A stretch of 64,000 nt of DNA from Antedon mediterranea (GCF_964355755.1 NC_092670.1:32104388-32168387); one strand, 5' to 3'. Counted from the stretch's first letter, positions 12,001-24,538 are shown. Numbers and translations: made by a program. Notes: a model not told the origin generated them from the letters alone.

Positions 12001-14397
12001 ATAATGATATTAATAAGTATCAGTATTTATCTATCTAAGAATCGTAATGCAGTTTTTAGCGTTGCGACCCTGACTGTCTTCCCGAACAGTTTTTTCACAT
12101 CCACGCGGTGGCTGCCGTCAACAAAATCAACTTGTGATTGCATGTTGTATGTACAGTATATTATAATGCGTTATGAAAAATCATAAAACTAGTCATGTAG
12201 GCTAATTATATAATTCATATGATATGAATTTTATATATGAATGAAGCAAGCACTTTTTAATTACAAAATAAATACTATAGGCCCACTGGTCACGTAGTCT
12301 AACTGGTAGCCCTAGCCTAGATTATATTAGTGCAGGGGTGGCGCCAGGATCTTGCCGACACGGGGGCTACATTCCCCGACGAGGGGGCTATGCAAGCGAA
12401 GCGAGCATCACCAGGGGGGCCGCCAAGGGCCCCCGGTGGGGGTCCAGGGGGCGAAGCCCCCGGAAGCAACGCGTTCTAGCGTCATTTGAGGTCATTTTAA
12501 TCAGATTTAGGGTAGCCATTTTTTCCATTTTTTATAATGCATAAATAAAATACTGCGTGCAAAAAAACGATGCGCGATGACTGTTTCAATCCATATTTTT
12601 CAATTTAAAAAATAAAATTTCAAAGAAAATTTAGAAAAATAGAGTTGGAGGTCCCGGAAATTGGACTTATTATACTTTAAAACATGAAACAAAATATATA
12701 AGTCCCTATCATGGTTGTGACTGAGCTAAGAGATGTTAGGTCCCGGAAAATGCACTTCTTGTACTTCGAAATATAACCAGCTTTATTGTTGGGGCTGAGC
12801 TAAGAAACTGTTTAAAACTAGAGCTGCAGGTCTTCAAAAAATTGCATTTTATACTTTGGAAACATCAGGCCTAGAGGCTTAAAAAACGCAAGCGTAGACC
12901 TTTTTCAGTCGGGGAAATAAGTTTATTCCTCCCAAGTGTATGCGTGCGTACCATCTGGACTTCCGAGTGGTGAGAAATTAATGACATACAGGACATTGAA
13001 AATGTAATAACTTAGCTATAATAAGTTGTTGGCTAAGCGAAAATGGCATGTTTTTTTGTTTAGTAATGGATGAAAAATTTATTTTAGGTGCCCCACGGTA
13101 CAGAGAAGGTTACTTGTAAATTAAAAAATTGGTGAACATACGAACAATTAACATAATTCGTTTTTGCTGCTGTAGTGTAGCGTACGTCGACGCAGTACAC
13201 GACGTAACCGTCGTCAGTAAACTCCGCCTGGAAAATAACTACAGTACACATTTTGGTCCCTGGATGGAACATGATATCACGCGTCTCGACCCAACGTTGA
13301 ACGATTCGTACAAAGAGATACCGACAGACAAGTGCGAACCTAGCTATTGTTTAGTAGTAAGTTAGATCGCTGGCAATAATGAATGCATATAAAGTGCATA
13401 ATATCACTCTGAGACGTACTCTCACGGTCAATGAAACGTCGCGGTTTTCTAGGCGCTGAAGCTAGCTACGAAGTGAACGCGAACGCTTTTTACTGTATAT
13501 TATATTCCCCGACAAAAAGTACCCGTGTTCCCTTCGGTAACCGCCGGTAAACTTCGCCTGGAAAATAACTACATTACACATTTTGGTCCCGGGATGGAAC
13601 TTGATATCACGCGTGTCGACCCAACGTTGAACGATTCGTACAAAGGGATACCGCCAGACAAGTGCGTACCTAGCTAATGTTTAGTAGTAAGTTAGATCGC
13701 TGGCAATAAATGAATGCATAAAAGTGCATAATAGCCCTCTGACGTACTCTCACGGTCAATGGAACGTCGTGGTTTTCTAGGCGCTGAAGCTATATGAAGT
13801 GAACGCGAACATTTTTTACTGTATATTATATTCCCCGACAAAAAGTACCCGTGTTCCCCGACGGGGGGGCTAGGCTCCCCGACGAGGGGGGCTAGAGCCC
13901 CCGTAGCCCCCCCGCTGGCGCCACCACTGTATTAGTGGATCCCATATTAGAAGGCATCTAGGCTAGTTCGCCGTGTGGTGTGGCGCAGCTTCCAGCTATG
14001 AAATAATCCATCGCTGTTGATAAGTATAGAGTCGCCGATTACCTCGCTCTGGGCATGCGCAATAGCGTGTCGGAATCCCTAACGCTGGGCAGTTGAGTTC
14101 CGGTGCCGGAATCCTAACCACGGCGTAAAAATTATGAGTGCACTGAATTTTTTCCTCGAAAGATTAAAAACAATTACATTATTAAATATTACTACTTTCC
14201 TTTAGCTAGGCTAACTAGTAGAGGACTAGCCTAGGCCCTAGTAGGCCTAGGCCTAGCTAGCTAGCTAGCCTAATTACTAGCTAGGCCCACCCAGCAGGGC
14301 CGTAATAGGTTATCCCCGCTAGCTAGGCCTAGGTATTTTTCAATTAAAAGGATATGAATGGCCGAACTCTAACAGCAACTTTGACGTTTTCGTCCAT
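50..14397 (-). CDS. KIF28: Kinesin-3 family motor, KIF28-like (3' end lies beyond the left edge of the window)
   Basis: Exons 14356-14397 ([14 protein letters not shown]), 10246-10440, 5036-5168 (P-loop GQTGSGKS), 4643-4731, 4221-4338 (MEIYNE), 3754-3865 and 3266-3373 (NATSSRAH, LVDLAGS), 2738-2871, 2076-2146 (VPYRDSKLT), 1812-1872, 1236-1406, 507-622, 50-228 (NLNEDP, start of FHA region). All phases are compatible. [11 protein letters not shown] and [12 protein letters not shown] resemble KIF28/KLP-6; the subfamily assignment is by recognition only. Confidence 0.93.
876..1034. mobile_element. ~160-bp TIR MITE (PIF/Harbinger-like)
   Basis: TIR ctctgtctacactatcaaact ... agtttgatagtgtagacagag. 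Further copies at ~36906-37042, ~37927-38070, ~51540-51698 and a partial one at ~16895-17003. Confidence 0.8.
1510..1720 (+). mobile_element. Degenerate tRNA-derived SINE
   Basis: A-box-like tagattggtggttaa and B-box ggttcaatcc, followed by a non-tRNA body. Boundaries are approximate. Confidence 0.5.
5451..5491 (-). ncRNA. Minimal type I hammerhead ribozyme motif (U3-A8 variant, Penelope-type)
   Basis: - strand reads ggac UUGAUAA u gacccc-augau-ggaguc GAAA cg UC guuc. Confidence 0.55.
5737..6229. repeat. 17-bp minisatellite (aataggggtgtcccctt)n ending in a Tc1/mariner-like terminus
   Basis: About 27 units, followed by aagggttctactg-ta (reverse complement of a TA-CAGTAGAACC TIR). Confidence 0.9.
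8499..10071 (+). mobile_element. Non-autonomous hAT element, copy A
   Basis: TIRs CAGTGGTGGCGCCAG ... CTGGCGCCACCCCTG, 8-bp TSD agactgac on both sides, internal ~320-bp tandem duplication, no transposase ORF. Confidence 0.9.
11742..14125. mobile_element. Mutator-like (MULE) non-autonomous element carrying the nested hAT copy B
   Basis: ~80-bp TIRs starting cgccgtggttaggattccggcaccgg, with a 9-bp TSD taaaaatta at 11733-11741 and 14126-14134. Confidence 0.82.
12333..13929 (-). mobile_element. Non-autonomous hAT element, copy B (inverted relative to copy A)
   Basis: Near-identical reverse complement of 8499-10071, with its own 8-bp TSD tattagtg (12325-12332 and 13930-13937). Confidence 0.9.
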
Positions 14398-14918
14398 TTT
14401 CTTTACGATTTTCGATCAAAAGAAACAATATTTAAAGATTTCCGACGGTCCTTCTGCCGGAATTTCCCAACGCGTAGAGGTAGTAGGCAAGGTGTGTGGT
14501 ATATGATTTATTTACGACATTCTTTTTTTGGTCAGTACCCCCCACTCACATTCAAAACAAAGTTATAAACCGTACATACACTAGAAACTAATAGATCAAT
14601 ATTATTCTTATAATTGGTGGTTGTTTAACTCTTTATTTAGAATTTGATCACTACTAAAATACTACTAAAAGTGTTTCAATGATTGTTTGTATGATTATTT
14701 GTGCGGTTTCTTAGTTCGGGTAGGAGCAAAGCATGTACTCACTGTAACTTGGTTGCGCGTTTCGGTTGCTAATATACGTCGCCCTCAATGTTTAGATTCC
14801 ACAAGAACAAGTCTTATGGAAAGCGAACACCGTCAAAATAGTGGGGAACCTAATGTTCCAAAATCAAATACGTGAGATTTTAATGCTCAAGTTGAGTTCT
14901 TGGCAGTTTTGGAATCCT

Positions 14919-15176
14919 TAGGACTAGTAGAATTCATTGCCACTGGGGGCCAATTTTTCCCGACCCTATTTTTAATGGAATCCAATATGCCTGCCATAGG
15001 CCTATTATATGATATTATTATAAATTGTACCATTGGACTGATTTGTCATGATATTGTAATATTTGGCAAACAAATTACTGTACGTTCATACGTGGTTTAA
15101 AATAACAATCCAAGATGGCGGCCAAAATAGGGTCGGTAAAAATGACCACCAGTTGCAATGAATTCTACTAGTCCTA
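14919..15176. mobile_element. ~260-bp TIR MITE
   Basis: taggactagtagaattcattgc ... gcaatgaattctactagtccta, with further inverted ccgaccctatttt/aaaatagggtcgg. Confidence 0.75.
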
Positions 15177-15317
15177 TACATTAGGCCGACGCGGATCATT
15201 TTTTCTCCTATCAGGTTAAGGCAGAAATCATGAATAATTCATGAGATTAATTATGGCATAAATAAAGACATAAGGTAGTGTTAACGTGTTTTGTCACGAC
15301 CATGTTTGGTCGAGTAG

Positions 15318-16504
15318 TAGCCTGGGTGCAGAACAGTTAATATACACATTTGCGGGAAAAAGTATAGGACAATTTTTTTTTTTTTTTCTGATAGAGTATA
15401 CCATATGGAATGTCAGAAAAAAAAATCCTTATCCCAGGGTCTTGGGGAAAATTTTTTACGGCACTTTTAAATTTTGGCCTATATAACACACACAAATTCC
15501 TATTAACACACACAAATACCTATATATAGGGAATAGGGAAAATAAATTAACGGTTTTTGTTACTTGCAGTTGTGTTTTAAGGATTAAAATTAGTACTACT
15601 ACTACTATACTTCACATAGTAGTTGATGAATCAAGTCGATACGATGACATCATTATGCCAGAATCCAATATGGCGTCCAATTTGGTGAGAAAAACATGGT
15701 ATTGCTAAACCCCGCAAACCTCCCAAAAAACATAGCAAACTCCATCGAACCAACATAAAAGTGATTGAATCATGGAGTGTACGACCCACTGGGTATATAA
15801 AATATTACATTTCTACTGTTAACTACTTATTTTGGGATAAAACATCATTTTGGTTAAAAATTAGCAATCATTTTTTACCAAAAAATTATTAGTTATTAAA
15901 GTTATTATGTTGGTTTAGTGGGGTTTGCTATATTTTTTTGAAGGTTTTCAGGATTTAGCAATCATTTTTTACCAAAAAATGATGTTTTACCCCAAAATAA
16001 GTAGTTAACAGCAGACATTTAATATTTGTTTTACATTGATATACCCAGTGAGTGAGTTCTACACTACATGATTCAATCACTTTTATGTTGGTTCGGTGGG
16101 GTTTGCTATGTTTTTTTGGAGGTTTTCGGGGGTTTGCGGGGTTTAGCAATACCCTGTTTTTGCCGCCCAAATTGGACGCCATATTGGATTCTGGCATGAT
16201 GATGTCATTGTTATCGACTCGATGTATCAACTACTATGAGAAGTAGTTATTAAAGTAATCCTCAGCTAATTTTAATCATCATAACACAACTCCAAGTAAA
16301 AAAAAACCTGAATTGGTTTTCCCTATCCCCTATATATAGGTATTTGTGTGTGTTATATAGGCCAAAATTTAAAAGTGCCGTAAATAATTTTCCCCAAGAC
16401 CCTGGGATGGGGATTTTTTTTGTGACATTCTATATGGTATACTCTATCAGAAAAAAAAATTTCCTATACTTTTTTCCCGAAAAATTTGTACTGCACCCAG
16501 GCTA
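15318..16504. mobile_element. ~1.2-kb foldback element with TAG termini (possibly Academ-type, non-autonomous)
   Basis: tagcctgggtgcag ... ctgcacccaggcta, inverted arms of ~550 bp, 3-bp flanking duplication tag/tag. Confidence 0.75.
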
Positions 16505-17377
16505 TAGTTACAGTACCGGGCTGTTTGACGCCCACTCCGTGTTTAGATTAGCAGAGATTACCGTACCTGTATCATAGAAATAATTAGACTCGTGCATTAT
16601 TCATTTCTGCCTCTCAACCTTATATGACAAAAATACAGCCGGCGCTTTTGTAATGGACCCCATTGGATACGTTTAACAGGACTTTCATCATGGGCTATCC
16701 AGCTGCATCTCTTATTCTTTTTTTTTTTCAGATTTTTTTTTACATTCTAATGTACATTGTTTTTTTTTTTTTTATTGTATTGTGATTATTCATTGTGTTA
16801 ATATTTATGTTTAGAGATGCAAATAAATCAAATCAAATCATCTAAATCTAACTCATCTAAATTTTAGTCACACAATTTTCGTTAAAAACCGATGATAGCC
16901 CAAATATGGTAGTGATATGCTTAAATATTGTATTGATAATATGTCCATATATGGGCACATCACATTTTGTTGTCACATAAAGTTTGATGGTGTGGACAGA
17001 GCTAGCTTAAGGCACAGTTTTAATACTGATTTATGCATTTACATTTGGTTACACTTTATTACCGGTAGAAACCAAAATAATAATCTTGCTCCGGAAACAA
17101 GTAGGCCTAAACAAGTAAAAATGGTTGTGTTTGTACATTCGTTTTAGTACCTACGAACTCAACCCCTAACGAAATGTTTGATTCAGTTCTGCTGGTAAAG
17201 CGATGATCCAATAGCCTACGAATCAGTATTTTTTTTAAATGTCAAAAATTAATTATACATTCAATGTAGCATTAATCTTACAAAGCTCATTCCTACATTC
17301 AAATTACTGTATGCCAGGTTTGCAACATATTAATAATAGTTAATGACACAGTGTCGTTTTGTGGTGTGTTTTTTTTT

Positions 17378-20300
17378 TTACTTAATTGGCTTTACGATCT
17401 TTTTCTTCTTCGTTACTGGTAACTTCTTCGTTTTATCGGTTAACAACGGTAAAACACCTTTAACCTTAGGCTCTGTCTCCACTGTTTTTGTCTCTTTTGG
17501 CGATTCGTGAAACAACACATCCTCTTTGTTGTCGTCTGCTTGTACTCCTTGGCGGATTGGATTGTTATTACGAATCCAGTGACGAAGGAATGATCTCGTG
17601 GCTCTTGCTCCTTGCTGTTTATTATAAAGAAAAACAATAAATTAAAATTTGAAAGTTTGATGAATGAATTCTTTGCAAATTGAGTGAATGCCCGGCCCGC
17701 TGTAATGAATATCATTATTCATACATCATTTTTAAAACTTGGTTCTCACTAGAAGACAACGCAAGGACGTACACGCAACGCAAGCGTGTTGACCAATGAC
17801 AAGCGACAGTTCGAATAATCCATCGCCGCGCTTATGATTGGTAAACTCACTGAAGCGTGGTTCCCACTAGCGACGCAACACAAGGACGTAACGCAACGCA
17901 AGTGAATTGACCAATCACAAGCGATGGTTTATTCGCTTGTGATTGCTAAAGCGTGGTTCCCACTAGCGACGCAACACAAGGACGTAACGCAACGCAAGTG
18001 AATTGACCAATTAAGCTTGGTTCCCACTAGAACGTAACGCAAGGACGTAAACGCAACGCAAGCGTTTTAACCAATGACAAGCGAAGTTATAGACAGTTCG
18101 CAATCACAAGCGAATAAGCCATCGCTTGTGATTGGTCAATTCACTTGCGTTGCGTTACGTCCTTGTGTTGCGTCGCTAGTGGGAACCACGCTTCACAAGC
18201 GATGGCTTAATCGCTTGTGATTGCTAACTGTCTAAGTATAACTTCGCTTGTCATTGGTTAAAACGCTTGCGTTGCGTTTACGTCCTTGCGTTACGTTCTA
18301 GTGGGAACCAAACTTAACTTTCTATAACTTCGCTTGTCATTGGTTAAAACGCTTGCGTTGCGTTTACGTCCTTGCGTTACGTTCTAGTGGGAACCAAGCT
18401 TAACTGTCTATAACTTCGCTTGTCACTGGTTAAAACGCTTGCGTTGGGTTTACGTCCTTGCGTTACGTTCTAGTGGGAACCTAGCTTTACGTTGCGTCTA
18501 CGTCCTTGCGTTGCGTCCTAGTGGGAACCTAGCTTTACGTTGCGTCTACGTCCTTGCGTTGCGTCCTAGTGGGAACCTAGCTTTAAGCTTGATTTCCAAT
18601 TGAACGCACACAAAGTAATTCCGGACCAAAATCACAAGCAATGTCACTGTATTTGTCAACTCACTGGCGTTGAACCTACTTGCGTTGAACCAACTTGCTA
18701 AGCGTCCCAGATTTAGGTTTAAATCCCACTCTTTTCAATCAGAAATTAGGAAACATAATTATTACACTTTCTATAGATTCGACAAATATATATTAAAAAC
18801 TTTCATTAATTTTTAGAGAAATTCGGGACTAGAGTTTTATTACACGTTTACTTGTAGGCCTACACGTTTGTAACATGCGTAGCTGGTAGTTGGAAGTGGA
18901 AGTGTTTTATTAGAGATGTATTGTCCCCTTGCAAAAATAATTATTTAAAATGTTTCTGTTGAATATGTCATTTTAATGTCACATAATCATTAGGCCTATC
19001 CACTTTTACCAAAATGTTATCGAAAAAAAAAAATGTATTTAGGCCTACCTGAAAAAACTGTGATGTAAAGCAAAAAATAGTCAATTTGACTGGCAGCCAA
19101 TGGATATTTGGTTGAATTTAACCATTTATTTTGTTATTTTTATTTTAAGTGAAAATATTATACATTATAACCTACCGCAACAAGGAAATCTTTGTCTGCA
19201 GTTTCCATGTTAAAATCAGTTGTATTCAAATATACTGTATCAATCCCAATGGTTCGTTCGATATCATCTTTCTTCATAGTACCATGTAAAAAATAGAATA
19301 AGTATAAAGTTACTTCAAGATATCGTACTTATTACAATACCTGTTTTATTTATACATATTTACTAGATTGGAATTCAGAAGTACATTGACCAAATTTCGA
19401 GACTTTTCTCACTTGCATCAACTTAAACTCAGTCATGTGGTAAATACGTTGACGATTCTGATGATGATACTGTAATGCAGGAAAACATGAACTTTGTTTC
19501 AAATAATACATGACGTCATATCTACTTTATGACGCCATATCTAACTGTATGATGCCATAAATACATAATACGTCGTAATGTTAATTTGAATACTATTGGC
19601 ACCGTCGTCAAATGTGAGACATGGGCTTAAAATGTCAACGACTGTTAATCACTATCTAAACGAATACATACAGATAAAAAGAGGGGTTTTTTCAAAGACG
19701 TACTTCAACAAATACCCGTTTGACATTAACAAGTAATGATTCCTGGACTGTTGACAAGAACTCTCTAAAATTTGTAACGTTCCGTCGATTGTAACCAAGG
19801 AAGTGAGATTGAACACCGATACCTCGCCTCTCGATAAATGCCATCAACTCCTGGAAGTTAATCTACAAAAATGAAAAATATAAATGTTAGTATAAAGTCG
19901 TACAATATCACGTTGAAGGCTAAGTCGGTTGAAAATAATTAAAAGACCAAATCATCTTATGACTTTGTCTTTTGACTGAGTGGTTAACGGCCAATCTATG
20001 TAGAACCAGGGATCACTCTTCCCTGGTGTAGAATTAGAAAGTCTTTTGTTGTGAATAGCATTCATATGTATTAATTAAAATGTTCAACAATAACTCTATA
20101 CTGTATTTTTTGTTTTGAATTTTAATCATTTTTAATCGTGTTAACAATATTTTAACATTGGCCTATTAATCGTATTTCATTAGCGTTGGCGCAATTTGAT
20201 GTATTTTTCTTGTAGCTTTATTGTCTTATACTTTCTTAAATTATGCCAAGCAAAATAAATTTCCATTTTAAGTGGACCAATAAAATGTCTTGAATCTTGA

Positions 20301-22304
20301 ATCGGTGTTCGTTAACACCACCGTTAATAGATGAAGAAATAATAATAAATGAAAACTTGTATAGCGCCGGTCTCCCCAACCCATGTGGAGTTCATGGCGC
20401 TTTGTGCATTAAGAACGTGCGAGTGCATCAGCGAAGCGACGTCTTCGAAGCAGGTTGGTCTTGAAAATGTTTTAGCGATTGAGATGACGACTATAAGTAT
20501 TATAGTTTTCTTATGACAGATTGATTATATGTGATAATTATATAGTTATATTTTGAAGAATATTATTTCTACCTTTCCATCCTTGTTGGTATCTAAACTA
20601 TCGAACACATCTTGTAATTTGTAATTTTTTCCAAACAGTTTCTTCGCATGAGCTTCAGTGAACTGGTCTCCAACCTATAATAGTTAAAAAAACAAATAAA
20701 ACTAAATGCACGGATATACGATTTGTATGGCTAAAAGGGTAACGAATGTTTATATTGTGGTGCTTAAGCCCGGCGCACACTAGAGCTTTCGGCTGAGCCA
20801 ACTGGCACGAGTAACACTTGACTCACAGTGTGCGCCGGGGAATTCGTAACTATCCAATCAGAAAATCGCGTACTGAAGGCGTTTAGTGTGCGTCTGATAG
20901 AACGCGATCACAATTTGCGGCAATTTTTTTAGTGAGCCAAGTGTTACTCGTGCCAGTTGGCTCAGCCGGAAGCTCTAGTGTGCGCCGGGCTTTAAGTTCT
21001 TGAATTTCATAGGATGTAGTCACACACACCAACCATGCATAATCCACATTATTAATTAAAACAAATACGAATTTCCACAAATACGTAGCAACTATTTATG
21101 ACTCAATTTGAATATTTTTCTCTTCTTTTTCCTTTTTTATACAAATACATTGCAATATAATATACCTTATTAAATGCGATTGCAAGTTCTTCTTTGGAAA
21201 CTGTGTACGAGTCAGTAATATCGTTTTCAGCCAGCACCTTCATAAACATGGACATGGCTTCTGTAATTACAGCGTGCTCTCGACTCGCCGTTAACTTCTG
21301 GCATTTGGTTTCAGCCCTTTCCCTACACATAAAACAGAGCCATAATACGCAATACGCAACAAATAATTTACTGTAACCTAAAGCCGATTTTCCACTAGGC
21401 GAATTTGTTCGCGCGAATCCAACGTTTCGAAGAGAACAAAATCGCCTACTCTCTTTCCACTACATGAGCGAATAGTGGTTGCTGAGCATTTCGATTCGCA
21501 TGAGTGCTCATGAAAGCGTCATAGCTCATTTCATGAGCTCTGATTGGTTGCGCAATATTTCGCTTCGCAAAAAGTAGAAACAATTCGAACTAGTAAATTT
21601 CGCTGAAGCGAAAAATAAAGGAACTAGAATTTGTCGCAGAAGGGAGTATGACAGACAGAAACTCGAATACGCATGCGCAGAGCATGACGCTTTCCATTCG
21701 CGCGAACAAATTCGCCTAGTGGAAAATCGGCTTAAAGCGTGGTTCCCACTAGCGACGCAACACAAGGACGTAACGCAACGCAAGTGAATTGACCAATCAC
21801 AAGCGATGGCTTATTCGCTTGTGATTGTTAACTGTCTATAACTTCGCTTGTCATTGCTTGCGTTGCGTTTACGTCCTTGCGTTACATTCTAGTGGGAACC
21901 AAGCTTAATTAAGAAAATAAGTGTGTTGATGTGATAAAGAACGTGAATTCTCTCAATATTATTATCATTATTGTTTGGCTCTATTTGGCAGTTTATATTG
22001 GGATGTGGGATGGCGTCTCGTTATACAGGGGCGGATATAGTAAGTTGGGATGTGGGGTGGCGTCTCGTTATACAGGGGCGGATATAGTAAGTTGGGATGT
22101 GGGGTGGCGTCTCGTTATATAGGGGCGGATATAGTAAGTTAGGATGTGGGGTGGCGTCTCGTTATACAGGGGCGGATTTAGTAAGTTAGGATGTGGGGTG
22201 GCGTCTCGTTATACAGGGGCGGATATAGTAAGTTGGGATGTGGGGTGGCGTATCGTTTAGAGCGATAAATGACAGATATAGTCAGTAATAAATCCGGTAC
22301 TGTA

Positions 22305-22346
<42 letters not shown>

Positions 22347-24504
22347 CTGTTCCGCCGTACCACGCCGAGAGTGTTAAAGAGTTGCTATCCAATCGAGTTT
22401 GAACAATACCATGAAAGCCCCAGTGGTCTAATGGTTAGGGCAACTGCATATCAAGCAGACGGTCCGAGTTCGAGTCTCGGTTGGGGCGACTTTTTCTCAT
22501 TCTCACAGATTTCCTCATCTTTATCGTTTCAAATTAATTAATTAAATTTCAGTATATCACCGGGCGGTTTAGAATTAATGTTCTTTGCCTACTGTGTTTA
22601 TATATATAAAATTATCTCTTCGGAGATCCCGCCTCGTGAATAAAATACTGTAAGATGAGGGCGTATCAATTTGATCTCTGTTGCGCGTGTGTACAACTGA
22701 GGACTAGTGCTGTTCCGCCGTACCACGCCGAGAGTGTTAAAGAGTCACTATCCAATCGAGTTTGAACAATACCATGAAAGCCCCAGTGGTCTAATGGTTA
22801 GGGCAACTGCATATCAAGCAGACGGTCCGAGTTCGAGACTCGGTTGGGGCGACTTTTTCTCATTCTCACAGATTTCCTCATCTTTATCGGTTCAAATTAA
22901 TTAATTAAATTTCAGTATATCACCGGGCGGTTTAGAATTAATGTTCTTTGCCTACTGTGTTTATATATATATATATATATAAACACAGCAGACAAAGTAT
23001 ATATATATATATATATATAGGGTAGGCTGTTTAGTAGCAGATAGCAACTTGTTTTGAGCAGTAATAAAGCATAGAAGGGCAGGAAGAACAGGGAACTCTG
23101 AAACAATTTGGGGAGTAGAAAGATTCCAAATGAAATGGAAGCTGAAGTATCCATTGATTGATTACATTGATGATTATGACCTCATAAATGGTTTTATGAT
23201 TTTAACAATTTGTCGAGAGTACAGGAAGCATGGCGATCAAAACTCCAATTTCTTAAATGGACCAAACATTTGGTGAAATTTTGCGATGAGCAGTTTCTCT
23301 TACCTAGACAACTTAGTGTCAGGCCGATCGGGTGGGTCACCGATTCCAACACGACGATTTAGTTTGGACATCATAAGATCTGACTCATCACTAGCATACT
23401 ATTGAAACCGAAAAAAATATATTAATTACAACAATAATTGAAACCAACAATTGGTGCAGCTAAACGTCATGAGATATCTATCAATATGTAATTATTTTCA
23501 ATTGTACATTATGACATAAATCGGTTTCGTTTTACGCAGAACTAACTGTGTCACCGCATGTCATCGTCACAATATCAACAATAATGTAAATATATCACTT
23601 ACCAACAGTAAACCAATGGTTTTATTTGTAGGCGTCCCAAAACGTTCTTTCTTGTCCCAAAGACGACCTATGTCTTCTAGAGGTTGTAACCGCCGTAAAA
23701 AGCTGTCCTGTTCATTCAGCGATAACCACCAGCCTAAAAAATGTCAAATCAGGAGAAGTAACAAATGATTCTTATTTTTCTTCGTCATATTTATCTTCAT
23801 TGTCATCAACATCCCGTTTTAATAATTTAAACTGTTATTATTAGTATATCATGATTGTTATAATTTTCTTTCCATTGTCATTCGGCGTCGTCTTTACCTT
23901 CATCGTCGTGGTGAACATTTATATATATTATAATACAAAGTAGCATGAGTTGGTAAATGTCATCATCATCACTATTATCATCATCTTCTTATTCCATCTA
24001 AATAGTCCTAGTGTAAAATGACCATCTTCTTTCAACATCAACATGTACTAATATAAACATCATTCTCTCTCCCTTTTCATATACACAAATCACACTTAAT
24101 TGTGTATAAATGATAGTTACATATTATAGTAATATATATTATTATTATTGTTTAATTTACTAAGTTAAAAAAACTTTTTACCGTCGAAACAGTGGACTGG
24201 ATAATTGCAGAGTAAACCGCCATCTACGTAAATATCAGTTGTTCCATAGTTGAAATATTTTACGGAACCAAATAAACCTACAAGAATATATATTTTATAA
24301 TTTATTTAAAATTAAATAGTTTTAATAATTGATTGAAATTGATTGATTGAAATATATATTTATACTGGGTAACCTCTTCAGTCAAAGACTGGTCTCCCAG
24401 AGGGCCCAGTTGGTGATCAGTACTAATACACCGGGGTAACCCCCTACTCGTCTCGAAAGATGTACTAGGTTCTTTAAAATGCACACGAGCTAGTTGTGTA
24501 CACT

Positions 24505-24538
<34 letters not shown>

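Larger units (their letters stand above)
10441..14355 (-). other. U12-type (minor spliceosome) AT-AC intron 1 of the kinesin
   Basis: On the - strand the donor is TTC|ATATCCTTTT, the branch point is TTCCTTGAC (10462-10454) and the acceptor is CAC|AAT. Splicing restores the conserved kinesin motif [15 protein letters not shown] in frame. Confidence 0.93.

Noticed and set aside
8499-13929. One large composite transposon with 1.6-kb TIRs that captured kinesin exon 2
   Set aside because: Each copy has its own complete TIRs and a different 8-bp TSD, so these are two independent insertions.
21998-22257. CRISPR-like appearance of this and other tandem arrays
   Set aside because: No unique spacers, no cas genes, eukaryotic intronic context.
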